Part shown: positions 20,571 through 30,186 of the stretch, in pieces | Numbering within the stretch: the first letter of the stretch is position 1 | Layout of the letters: each line of letters opens with the position of its first letter | Origin: an uncultured Nitrososphaerota archaeon | GTDB taxonomy: Archaea; Thermoproteota; Nitrososphaeria; Nitrososphaerales; Nitrosopumilaceae | Assembly (NCBI GenBank): GCA_963701075.1 | Contig: OY969559.1 | Coordinates: forward strand, 320,001 to 384,000 | Length of the DNA stretch: 64,000 nucleotides | Direction: 5' to 3' | The notes under the pieces: model-generated | Database searches by the model: none | Told to the model about the DNA's origin: nothing | What the model saw: only the letters and a program-made list of their open reading frames with translations | Program-made: the position numbers and the translations under genes

Positions 20571-21410
20571 TCAGGTATATACTGTAAACAAAATTACTCT
20601 CTTTGGGTCATATTGAATAATCGCAAAATGAGGAACCTCGGAATCTTTTACATAGTGACCTTCAGGCCCACCAATGCCCAATCTGATAAGATAGTTGTTA
20701 GAAGAGTTAATTTCGATTTCCTTACTCTCAAGAATGCGACCGGAAATCTTTTCCTTTATGGACTTCAAGGCTGGATAAATACTATGAATGTGGCTATCCT
20801 GCATTATTATCTCCTCTCTATGTTGATGGCCACACAAAATGATATGGTTTCTCACATGTTTTTTGGCCTCATCAAAAGCAGAAGAGGCCTTGTAATGATA
20901 CCCAGAATAAGTGAAGAACTCAAAATCTTCTTCTGTTAGCCTCTGCCAAGACCTTTGATATAGCCAGGCTTCTTCGTTTTGGATGGTTTTTGGCTTTATT
21001 TTTTCTGGATCAAGTGGACCTCCATGGACGCAAAAAAGACCATGTTTTTTATCGATAAATTCCTGGTTTCCAAATGTTCCATCACCATTTTCTTTGAAAA
21101 ACGAGATATCTTCTGAATTTAGCTTTGCATGTTCATCCATGCTCTCAATCGAGCTTCCACCTACCAATCTATTATACAAAAATGCTTCATCATGGTTTCC
21201 CATTACAGAAAAAAGCTGATAACTCGTTTCAATTGACTTTAATCTGGAAAGGACTTCTTTTGGATGGGTTCCCCTTTCAAGAACATCTCCCAGATTTATT
21301 ATTCTTGAAAAAGTACCATACTTTTTTGTAAACTCTAGACTTGACGCCATGCCAAATATAGCATCCAGAGCATAAATGTCTGCATGAATATCAGAAAATA
21401 CTAGATCCAA
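20571..21410 (-). CDS. Calcineurin-like metallophosphoesterase
   Basis: SDIH, LGD, GNHD, VHGG, GHQH. Confidence 0.9.
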   Translation of the reverse strand: MDLVFSDIHADIYALDAIFGMASSLEFTKKYGTFSRIINLGDVLERGTHPKEVLSRLKSIETSYQLFSVMGNHDEAFLYNRLVGGSSIESMDEHAKLNSEDISFFKENGDGTFGNQEFIDKKHGLFCVHGGPLDPEKIKPKTIQNEEAWLYQRSWQRLTEEDFEFFTYSGYHYKASSAFDEAKKHVRNHIILCGHQHREEIIMQDSHIHSIYPALKSIKEKISGRILESKEIEINSSNNYLIRLGIGGPEGHYVKDSEVPHFAIIQYDPKRVILFTVYT

Positions 21411-21680
21411 TGACCTATCTGATATATCTCCTAATTTGTAATTTTTCGTTATCTGTTTGAATACAAATGTACCCCAACTATTACAGCCATATCACCAATT
21501 GATAACTAATTTGAGAAAAATTCATCAGAGAGATTCAATAGGCTTGCGATATTCTCGAATCTTAGAATAAGAAAGTAAAAGGTTGACTCAAGATAAATAA
21601 AAGATAGGGCAAGTAAATGCTACCAAGCATTTGGAGTCACTTACATCCTCAATCTACCCAATGAGGATGTCAGGACATTT

Positions 21681-22607
21681 TTACAATTCAGAGTCTATTT
21701 TCTGGATAGAATTCTTTGGAACCTGCAAATCTTTGAACGTGTCAGGATTGATTATCTTTGCCAAGATCTCAAGTCCTATTACAGTTCTTGGCCCTGGTTT
21801 GCTAAAGTATTCGTTTGCATTCACTGCATAAACTTGGCCTTGTTTTACTGCTTTCAATGATCTCCATTTTTCCTTGTCTGCAAGTTTTTCATACTCTTGC
21901 ATGGTTCGGTTTACATCAAAGCCACATGGCATAAGCACGATTATGTCTGGGTCAAACTTGACAATCTCATCTAGATCCATTCTTCTTGACTGATCTCCTG
22001 TTGCACTAATTCCATTTATTCCTCCTGCTAGTTCCACCATCTGTGGAACCCAGTGGCCCGCAGTAAACAGCGGGTCAAGCCATTCAATACAGATAACTCG
22101 GGGCTGTACAATTTTCTGTCGGTACTGTATAATTTTGATTCTAGTCCTCAAGTTATGAACAAAAGCTTGTGATTCATTGAGTTTTCCTACTTTTTTGCCA
22201 ACCTCAATTATATTATCAAGTATGTCACCGAGGCTTCTTGGGTCTAGAATTAGAACTTCTGGCTTTACTACAAGTATGGCTACTGCCTTGTTGATTTCTT
22301 TGGTAAAGGGTGAACAGACCTCACAAATACCTTGAGCCACAATAAGATTTGGATTTGCATTTTTTAGTACTTGTTCATCCAGTACATAGATGTCCTTGCC
22401 TGCTTTCATAAGATCTACTACTTTTCTGTCAATTTCTTGGCTTGTCATCTTTTCAGGATCAAAGACAGAATGAATCACTTTTGGCTTGGCCTTTACCTCT
22501 GAGGGATAATTGCACTCGTGTGTTACTGCAAGTACTTGGTCTCCCACCCCAAGTTCATACAATATCTCAGTTGCACTTGGGAGAAAGGAAACTATCCTGT
22601 TTTTCAT
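21681..22607 (-). CDS. BtuF-like cobalamin/Fe-siderophore binding protein
   Basis: RIVSFLPSATEIL, THEC, EWLDPLFTAGHWVP, YFSKPGPR. Confidence 0.85.
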   Translation of the reverse strand: MKNRIVSFLPSATEILYELGVGDQVLAVTHECNYPSEVKAKPKVIHSVFDPEKMTSQEIDRKVVDLMKAGKDIYVLDEQVLKNANPNLIVAQGICEVCSPFTKEINKAVAILVVKPEVLILDPRSLGDILDNIIEVGKKVGKLNESQAFVHNLRTRIKIIQYRQKIVQPRVICIEWLDPLFTAGHWVPQMVELAGGINGISATGDQSRRMDLDEIVKFDPDIIVLMPCGFDVNRTMQEYEKLADKEKWRSLKAVKQGQVYAVNANEYFSKPGPRTVIGLEILAKIINPDTFKDLQVPKNSIQKIDSEL

Positions 22608-22694
22608 TCATCTTATTTTGTAAACGTCTTCTTTAAACATACTTGGTATTGTCATACTAAAATTCCTCAAAACTTAAGAATAGCCCTTTGCTCG

Positions 22695-23579
22695 ATGAGT
22701 CTGTTGGCTAGCTTTACTGTTCTAGGAGGACCTTCGTCTGAGCAGCTTGCTAGAAAAATAGCATCAAGGCTAAAATCAAGATATATCCCCTCCGAGTTGC
22801 GAATTTTTCCAGACGGTGAAAGTAAGGTAACTCTGAAGGGAAGACCAAGCGGAAAGATAATCGTGGTCCAGTCCATCTATCCCCCCGTTGATTCAAATCT
22901 TATTCGTGCCCTGGCTCTTGTCTCGCAGGCAAGAAGATATTCATCTCAAGTCTATACAGTAATTCCCTACTTAGGATATGCAAGACAAGATAGGGAATTT
23001 CTCCCAGGCGAGATTGTCACAATATCACTTGTAGCAAAGATGTTCAAGTCAGTTGGAGCAACAAGAATAATCATAGTTGATATTCACAGCTTGGTAGCGC
23101 TCAATCTATTTCAAATTCCTACAAAGAATGTATCCGCAATAGAAGAGCTTGTAAAATATTTCAAGAGATTAAAGCTAAAAAATCCACTCGTGGTCTCTCC
23201 AGATATTGGTGGAATACAGAGAGCAAAAAACTTTGCACGTTTGCTTGGAACAGACTTTATCGCATTAGAGAAACAAAGAGACAGAAGGACAGGAGAGGTG
23301 GCAATAAAACAAGGAGATTATCATGATGTAAAAGGAAGAGACCTAATTCTAGTTGATGATATGATAAGCACTGGTGGCAGTATAGTAAAGGCTGCAGAGT
23401 ATTTGAAGAAGCAAAAGTGTGGGAAGATATACGCAACATGCACTCATGCTCTTTTGATGGGAGATGCAGAAAAGAAGATCAAACGAGCCGGAGTGACAAA
23501 GATTGTCAGTACCAATACCATACCTGGCAAGACAGGCATTGTTGATGTCTCTTCCGTAATTGTAAAGGCAATTAGTTGA
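22695..23579 (+). CDS. prs: Ribose-phosphate pyrophosphokinase
   Basis: FPDGE, PYLGYARQDR, VDIHS, SPDIGG, VDDMISTGGS. Confidence 0.96.
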   Translation: MSLLASFTVLGGPSSEQLARKIASRLKSRYIPSELRIFPDGESKVTLKGRPSGKIIVVQSIYPPVDSNLIRALALVSQARRYSSQVYTVIPYLGYARQDREFLPGEIVTISLVAKMFKSVGATRIIIVDIHSLVALNLFQIPTKNVSAIEELVKYFKRLKLKNPLVVSPDIGGIQRAKNFARLLGTDFIALEKQRDRRTGEVAIKQGDYHDVKGRDLILVDDMISTGGSIVKAAEYLKKQKCGKIYATCTHALLMGDAEKKIKRAGVTKIVSTNTIPGKTGIVDVSSVIVKAIS

Positions 23580-24515
23580 ATGCCGCAAAGTCTTTTCATT
23601 CTATCTGGTGAACAACCAGAACTTGCAAAAGACGAACTAGTTTCCATATCGAAGAGCTACGATCCCAAAACAACGCTGACAGGAGAATCAAGGCTTGCAA
23701 TAATCAAGTCTGCTGTACCATGGGAAAAAATTGCCAAAAGAGCCACGTTTGTCAGAGCTGGTGGCACTATAGTAAGCACTTTGGACGACCTATTAGAGAC
23801 TAGATCGCATCTGTCAAAACCAAAAACATTTGCTTGCAGGGTCATCAACCTATCTTCGAAAAAAATCAACAAAATACAGATGGAAGGTGAGACAGGAGCG
23901 GTACTCAGGGAAAGGTGGAACTCCAAGGTATCGCTCTCAAACCCTTCGGTTACTGTATATCTCATTATTACTAATAACAAAAGGTACCTTGGCTATGCAG
24001 AAAGCATGGTAGAACAAGTGCGGCCCAGAAAGACAATCAAGTACCCAACTGAGCTTGACTGGAAGCTTGCACGATGTATGATTAACTTGTCGCAGCTAAA
24101 GGAAGGAAAAACTATCTGCGATCCTTTTTGTGGAACTGGAACAATATTACTGGAGGCTGAATCTATGGGGATTCATTCCATAGGAATTGATTTTGATGCA
24201 AAGATGTGCAATATTGCAGAAAAGAATCTTGCAGAGAACGGATATGATTCCAAGGTGGTAAACTCTACCTATCATGATATACAAAAAATCAAAGACAAAA
24301 TAGATGCCATAGTAACCGATCTTCCTTATGGAATTGCATCAAAATCATCCCTGTCACCCAAAAGAATACTCCAAGATTTTCTATCCATAGTACCAAAGAG
24401 AATGAAACTCGTTATCGTATACAAGAAAGGTCTTGATGTTGATGAGCTAGACAAAGCAAAAAAATACGAAATCTTTAGACACAGGAGTTTGACTAGAGTG
24501 ATTGCTGTAAAATGA
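23580..24515 (+). CDS. Trm11/TrmG10-like tRNA methyltransferase
   Basis: THUMP-like N-terminus, [20 protein letters not shown]. Confidence 0.85.
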   Translation: MPQSLFILSGEQPELAKDELVSISKSYDPKTTLTGESRLAIIKSAVPWEKIAKRATFVRAGGTIVSTLDDLLETRSHLSKPKTFACRVINLSSKKINKIQMEGETGAVLRERWNSKVSLSNPSVTVYLIITNNKRYLGYAESMVEQVRPRKTIKYPTELDWKLARCMINLSQLKEGKTICDPFCGTGTILLEAESMGIHSIGIDFDAKMCNIAEKNLAENGYDSKVVNSTYHDIQKIKDKIDAIVTDLPYGIASKSSLSPKRILQDFLSIVPKRMKLVIVYKKGLDVDELDKAKKYEIFRHRSLTRVIAVK

Positions 24516-25411
24516 AATTGGTATTCTTGGGTACATCAGCTGCACAGCCAACAATAGAGCGTGGCATGACATGCATCTGCCTAATTCTAGACAAGGAGAT
24601 CCTGATGTTTGATGCAGGAGAAGGCGCCCAGATTGCATTCCAAAAGGCAAAACTTGGATGGAACAAAAAGATGAAGATCTTTGTTACACATTTACATGGG
24701 GACCATTGCGTTGGGATTCTTGGCCTACTGCAAACAATGTCACTACAAAACAGAACAGAATCACTTGACATCTTTGGCCCGCCAGGAATTGACGAATTTC
24801 TTGCAGCTAACCTGAAGATACTAAACTTTGGACTTACGTTTCCTGTCAGAATCACCAGAATAAAGGAAGGCCCTGTTTTTGATGATCCAGCATATACAGT
24901 TCATGTTTGTGAGGCAGAACACTCCATTCCAGCCTATTCATACCTCTTTGCAGAGAAGGATAGGCCAGGCAAGTTCTATCCTGAAAAGGCCAAACAATTA
25001 GGGGTTCCCGAGGGGGATCTTTGGCATGAGCTTCAAAGTGGCAAGGAGGTAAAGGCGGGTGAGAAGACGATTAGGCCGTCGGATGTAATGGGCGAGAAAA
25101 GATCTGGTAGAAAAATAGGCATATCAGGCGATACAAGACCTACAAAGAAGCTGGAGGAATTTTTCAAGGACTGCGACTATATCACATTTGATTCTACATA
25201 TTCTGATACATTACGTGACAAGGCAAAAGAGAACTATCATTCAACATCAGTCGAAGCTGCTGAGCTTGCAAAAAGAGCTGGAGTTTCAAATCTTATCCTG
25301 ACACATTTCTCTGCAAGATATGATGATGCCGAAGAGCTAGTAAAGGAGGCAAAGGTAGTTCATGATTCCGTGATTGCAGCAAAAGACCTCATGGAAATTG
25401 AGATCAAGTGA
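24512..25411 (+). CDS. rnz: Ribonuclease Z
   Basis: [30 protein letters not shown]. Confidence 0.96.
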   Translation: MKLVFLGTSAAQPTIERGMTCICLILDKEILMFDAGEGAQIAFQKAKLGWNKKMKIFVTHLHGDHCVGILGLLQTMSLQNRTESLDIFGPPGIDEFLAANLKILNFGLTFPVRITRIKEGPVFDDPAYTVHVCEAEHSIPAYSYLFAEKDRPGKFYPEKAKQLGVPEGDLWHELQSGKEVKAGEKTIRPSDVMGEKRSGRKIGISGDTRPTKKLEEFFKDCDYITFDSTYSDTLRDKAKENYHSTSVEAAELAKRAGVSNLILTHFSARYDDAEELVKEAKVVHDSVIAAKDLMEIEIK

Positions 25412-25412
25412 C

Positions 25413-26126
25413 ATGTTGGAACAAATATCTGACAAGCTAAAGCAGGCAGAAAAGATAATCTTTGTTACCGGTGCAGGAATTTCTCAGGAATCTGGTATTC
25501 CAACCTTTAGGGGTAAAGATGGATTGTGGCGAAAATATGATCCCATGAAGCTTGCTACAATAGATGCCTTTTACGAAGACCCAAAGCTTGTCTGGGAATG
25601 GTATGAGGAAAGGAGAAAGAACATACTTGCTGCCAAGCCAAATCCGGGACATCTTGCAATAGTACAGCTTGAAAAGAAAAAACCAGTTCATGTATTGACA
25701 CAAAATATTGATGGCTTGCATCAGAGAGCTGGGAGTAAAAGTGTCTACGAGCTTCATGGAAGTATTATTACAATCAAATGTACAGTATGTGACTTTAAGG
25801 ATAAGATATCAACAAGTTTTTCTGAACTTCCTCCTCTATGCAAATGCGGAAATATTCTAAGGCCAGATGTGGTGTGGTTTGGGGAATCTCTACCGCAGGA
25901 TGTCTGGCAGGATGCCATTTCTCAGGCAATCTCATGTGATGCCATGATAGTAGTTGGAACGTCACTTGCAGTATCGCCTGCGAATTTATTGCCAATTTAT
26001 GCCAAGCAAAATGGCGCGATATTAATTGAGGTCAATCCAGAAGAGACTCCCATGTCTGGAACCATGGATATTTCGATCCGCTCATCAGCTGCAAAAGCAT
26101 TGCCTGAGCTTGTCGCTGTATTTTAG
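25413..26126 (+). CDS. cobB: NAD-dependent protein deacylase (Sir2 family)
   Basis: TGAGISQESGIPTFRG, TQNIDGLH, RPDVVWFGE, VGTS. Confidence 0.95.
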   Translation: MLEQISDKLKQAEKIIFVTGAGISQESGIPTFRGKDGLWRKYDPMKLATIDAFYEDPKLVWEWYEERRKNILAAKPNPGHLAIVQLEKKKPVHVLTQNIDGLHQRAGSKSVYELHGSIITIKCTVCDFKDKISTSFSELPPLCKCGNILRPDVVWFGESLPQDVWQDAISQAISCDAMIVVGTSLAVSPANLLPIYAKQNGAILIEVNPEETPMSGTMDISIRSSAAKALPELVAVF

Positions 26127-26280
26127 AGATAAGTTATAAAAAATTATTCAAAAAAAGGAGCTGTCTCTTCATTGAATTGTTATTATAGATCAAAGAATTA
26201 TTGAAAAACCTATACTTAGTTGTGATAATTATGACTAATTGTTAAATATCATGAAGACGTATAGTAATTAATGAGAAAAT

Positions 26281-26535
26281 ACGCAAATTCTATCGACTGA
26301 ATTTGCGTGGTCCTGTGAAAAACAGTACATAGTAGAGTGCACAAAGGTGCGCGAGTGGCAAGAGAATGCTTTTGCCTATACAGGATCACGCCCTTACATT
26401 TTCCAAATTATTCTGCAAACAATTCTAGTCTGTTTTATCAGGTTGCAATTTTTCGTAAATTGTGTTCTGTGCAATTGTTTCTACGCGATACAAGTTATGG
26501 GATTAAACCTATTTTGGTGCAAAATTGCAAGGGGA
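26281..26535 (+). ncRNA. Candidate structured non-coding RNA (about 110-250 nt)
   Basis: 12-bp closing stem 26305-16/26380-91 with two internal hairpins, competing 10-bp hairpin 26281-26308, second domain 26443-52/26521-30. Confidence 0.5.
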
Positions 26536-26551
26536 GTAAATTAGTAAAACT

Positions 26552-26965
26552 CTAGCCCACAGACTCGGGAGCAAGCCAGTCAACTAGTTTTTCCAGATCT
26601 TTGCAGTGTATGATTACCTTGATTGGTCCCATTGGAGACTCTTCGGCCTCATCACAAATAGCAATGACATCAACATATGCTGCCTGCTTGTTAAGATAAA
26701 ACCAAGTGGTATCGCCTTTTGTATTGTATCGCATCTGTCTTCGGTATACTCTGTTTACTCTACGCTTCTGTATTGTTTCCTGAATCTTTGACAGAGAATG
26801 CAGATCTCTAGAGATTGCCTTTATGCTTCCATCTTTGTATTCATAATCAGTATCCAACATTACATTAGATACGGCAGCCTTGATCTTCTCTGGATCTTCT
26901 GATGGATTGACTGCGGCGTATGTTTCTATCTTACATGCAATATTAGGAACTTTCACTTTATCCAA
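26552..26965 (-). CDS. DUF54/UPF0201-type putative RNA-binding protein
   Basis: NPSEDPEKIKAAV, FYLNKQAA, ESPMGPI, LVDWL. Confidence 0.85.
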   Translation of the reverse strand: MDKVKVPNIACKIETYAAVNPSEDPEKIKAAVSNVMLDTDYEYKDGSIKAISRDLHSLSKIQETIQKRRVNRVYRRQMRYNTKGDTTWFYLNKQAAYVDVIAICDEAEESPMGPIKVIIHCKDLEKLVDWLAPESVG

Positions 26966-27501
26966 CCTTTGATGATATCGTATGCGGTATTCACAAGATG
27001 TTCTATTGTTAGATTGTTATTAGAGATTGTTTCATCGGCAAGGGCAATTGATTCACTCATGCCAACCCCAATTTCCCTAGAGTCCCTTTTTGTAAAATCT
27101 TCCTTATCAGATGGAGCGTCTGATCTACCTCGTCCTGTCAAGAACTTGAATCTGGTATCACCGGATGCATGTATTGCAAGAACTTTCACGGTACCAATTT
27201 TTTTTAATACCTCAACTTCTGCAAGTGATCTTACTCCATCAACTAGCACAACATCTGAACTTGAATTTAGTATCTGATCTTTGATCAACTCTGCTACTGC
27301 ACCGGGTCCGTTCTTTTCTCTAAGATCAAGCATAAGTTTGCCCAAGTTTGCACCGGTAGGTTCAATTTTTCTTCTTGTTGCCTCTGCTCTTACAGCATCT
27401 CCCATTGTTATCTTGTCAAATCCCTTTGAACTTAGGGCCTCAGCTATGGTAGTCTTGCCAGCACCTGGCATTCCCGTCAAACAGACAATAAGCTTTGCCA
27501 C
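26953..27501 (-). CDS. P-loop kinase, UPF0200/dephospho-CoA kinase-like
   Basis: TGMPGAGKT, MGDAVR, DGVRS, RGRSD. Confidence 0.85.
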   Translation of the reverse strand: MAKLIVCLTGMPGAGKTTIAEALSSKGFDKITMGDAVRAEATRRKIEPTGANLGKLMLDLREKNGPGAVAELIKDQILNSSSDVVLVDGVRSLAEVEVLKKIGTVKVLAIHASGDTRFKFLTGRGRSDAPSDKEDFTKRDSREIGVGMSESIALADETISNNNLTIEHLVNTAYDIIKGWIK

Positions 27502-27572
27502 ATTCGCAAATTCAACCCTCCAGTCTATGAAGCTACCGAAAAATCATTATAGACTCTGGATTCTGAATTTCT

Positions 27573-28115
27573 ATGATGCGTACATTTGTAGCAGTAGAAG
27601 TTCACAGTAAAGATGTACTAGATGCAATAGCTAATCTACAAACAGATTTTGACATAAAGGCAAGTCCTGTTAGTAGACAAAACATGCACTTTACACTGCT
27701 TTTCCTCGGAGAGGTAACTGATGATACCGCAGAAGACGTAAAAAAATCACTTTCGAGTATTGTCTTTAGACCAATTGAATTGAGTTTTACTCATCTTGGT
27801 GCATTTCCAAATCCAAAATTTCCTCGAGTGATTTGGATTGGTGTGGATAAAGTTGCTTCTGAACAGCTTGTGGGACTTGCTGCTCAAGTCGAGAAAAAAC
27901 TTGCGCCCCTTGGATTCAAGTCAGACAAGCCATTCAAGCCCCATCTTACCATATTTAGAGTAAAGAACAAGATAGATGATATTTCAAAAAAGATAGAAAA
28001 ACACATGCAGGTAAGCCTTGGAAAAGATGTCATTTGTGAGCTAAAGTTCAAGAAAAGTGTCTTAACTTCAAATGGGCCAATATATTCTGATTTACAGGTG
28101 ATAAAGGTACAATGA
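27573..28115 (+). CDS. thpR: RNA 2',3'-cyclic phosphodiesterase (2H family)
   Basis: MRTFVAV, HFTL and HLTI motifs. Confidence 0.93.
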   Translation: MMRTFVAVEVHSKDVLDAIANLQTDFDIKASPVSRQNMHFTLLFLGEVTDDTAEDVKKSLSSIVFRPIELSFTHLGAFPNPKFPRVIWIGVDKVASEQLVGLAAQVEKKLAPLGFKSDKPFKPHLTIFRVKNKIDDISKKIEKHMQVSLGKDVICELKFKKSVLTSNGPIYSDLQVIKVQ

Positions 28116-29447
28116 CTCGCATCTTAGAGCAGGCAAGAAAGATCTCTGTTCCTACAAAAAAGGAAGAGGAAAAGATGAAGAAGCTAGCCGATTCCCTAGT
28201 AAAGCAGGTAAGAGATGAGGCCTCAAAATATTCTCAGGTCGTAACAGTGGAACTTGGAGGTTCTTATGCAAAGGGAACTTGGCTCAAGGGACAGATGGAC
28301 CTAGACATATTTGTCAAGCTAAAAACCGATACTGATGAAAAAACATTTGAGGATATTGGAAAGAAAATTGGCTTCAATTCCATGAAAAAACACAAGCCGT
28401 TTGTAAGATATTCTGAGCATCCATATGTAGAAGCAAAAGCGGAGGGGACTCGAGTAAACGTGGTACCGTGCTATGATGTAGAAAAGGGACAATGGAAGAG
28501 TGCAGCTGATAGATCTTCATTTCACACAAGATTCATTTTAGAAACATTTGATGAAAATAAAAAAAATGAGGTACGTCTTTTAAAAAAATTCCTAAGAGGT
28601 GCAGGAATTTATGGTGCAGAAATTGCTACAGAGGGCTTTGGTGGATATGTGGCAGAGGTTCTGGTATATCACTATGGAACATTTATGGGAGCTTTAGAGG
28701 CCGCATCAAACTTTGTTCAAGGTCAGATAGTAGGAAACCCGGCAAAGAAATTTGAGACAGCACTTGTACTAATTGACCCAGTTGACAGCAATCGAAATCT
28801 TGGTACGGCAATCTCTGGTCAAAATGTTGCAAAGTTTATTCTAGCTGCTAGATCATTTCTCAAAAAACCTTCAATTGCATTCTTTTCTGGCAAGAAAAGA
28901 AATCCTAATGCAAAGAATCTGAAAAATACAATAATTATAAAATTCAACTACAAAAGGCGAAGCCCAGATATAATTTGGGGACAGATAAAACGTAGCACAA
29001 CAGCATTAGCAGGCCAGCTTGAGCTTGGAGGGTTTGACGTTCTGCGTAAGAGTGCAATAACTGATGAAGAATCAGAAGCAGCTGATGATCTTCCTTCTTG
29101 ATTCACCTGTAATTGAAAAATTCATGGTCAAAAATGGTCCTGAGGTATACAGAAAGTCAGACTCGGAGCATTTCATTGCAAAAAATTCAAAGAACGTTAT
29201 GACCTGGGTTGATGACAGCGGAAAGGTCTTGTCCATGCAAGAAAGGGAATTCCATGATGCCAGAAAGTTCCTAGAGTCTCTCTTGAGAAAGAACTTGGCA
29301 AACTCTGGTGTGCCAAGCGGCATCATACCAGACATCAGGCGTGGCTTTAGGGTACTTTACGGAGACCAGCCAGTAAGCAAATCCATTAAAAAGGCATTGG
29401 CTGTGCTTACCTCTACCGATGGACTCGTCTTTAGTACCAACAAGTAA
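28112..29447 (+). CDS. cca: CCA-adding enzyme (class I); split by one extra base near 29084
   Basis: GSYAKGTWL..DLDIF, EHPY, AADRS, GIYGAE, DPVDSNRN; C-terminus continues in ORF 29064-29447. Confidence 0.92.
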
Positions 29448-30186
29448 GCTTGGAAAGGAACCATATTCTCTTGTTTTAGGATATCCAAGAGCTACAAAAA
29501 AAGAACTTGAAAGAAGGGTTGCTGAGCTTAAAAAACTTGGAATTAAGAGTGTGTTATTTGAGGGTCCCACCATTCTAAATAACGTCCCTGTCTTAGGCAA
29601 GGGCTACGTCGGTGTTGTAGTAGTTGCCAACCAAGGCAAAAAAAAGGTGGCCCTCAAAATACGTCGAATAGATTCAAGTAGGGAAGAGATGCAAAGCGAA
29701 GCAAGATTTCTAAAGCTGGCAAACAAAGTAAATGTGGGTCCAAGAGTAATAGATAGCAGTAAAAATTTCATAGTAATGGAATACGTGGAAGGAAAAAAAA
29801 TAATTGATTGGGTAAGGGAGTTAAAGGGCAGGGGTAGCGCTGCAAAACTCAAAACTACAATACGAAAAGTATTGGAAGATTGCCATAATTTAGACAAGAC
29901 TCATCTTGATCATGGTGAGCTCAGTTACTTGCACAAGCATGTCATTGTAGGAAGATCTCCGTGCATAATCGATTTTGAAAGTGCAAGTGTAAACAGGAGA
30001 ACATCCAATGTAACCTCTGCAACTCAAGGCATCTTCATTGGATCGGGTCTTTCAAATATTGTTAAAAAAATCATAAAGGTTCCGAGCACAAAACACATGA
30101 TTGAATCTTTGAAAAAATACAAACATGCCCAGTCCCGCGAAAACTTTGATGATGTGCTAAGAGTATTGGGGTTACACAAAGTTTGA
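29419..30186 (+). CDS. RIO-like Ser/Thr protein kinase (COG2112)
   Basis: LGKGYVGVV, VALKIRR, DHGELS, IIDFESAS. Confidence 0.88.
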   Translation: MDSSLVPTSKLGKEPYSLVLGYPRATKKELERRVAELKKLGIKSVLFEGPTILNNVPVLGKGYVGVVVVANQGKKKVALKIRRIDSSREEMQSEARFLKLANKVNVGPRVIDSSKNFIVMEYVEGKKIIDWVRELKGRGSAAKLKTTIRKVLEDCHNLDKTHLDHGELSYLHKHVIVGRSPCIIDFESASVNRRTSNVTSATQGIFIGSGLSNIVKKIIKVPSTKHMIESLKKYKHAQSRENFDDVLRVLGLHKV

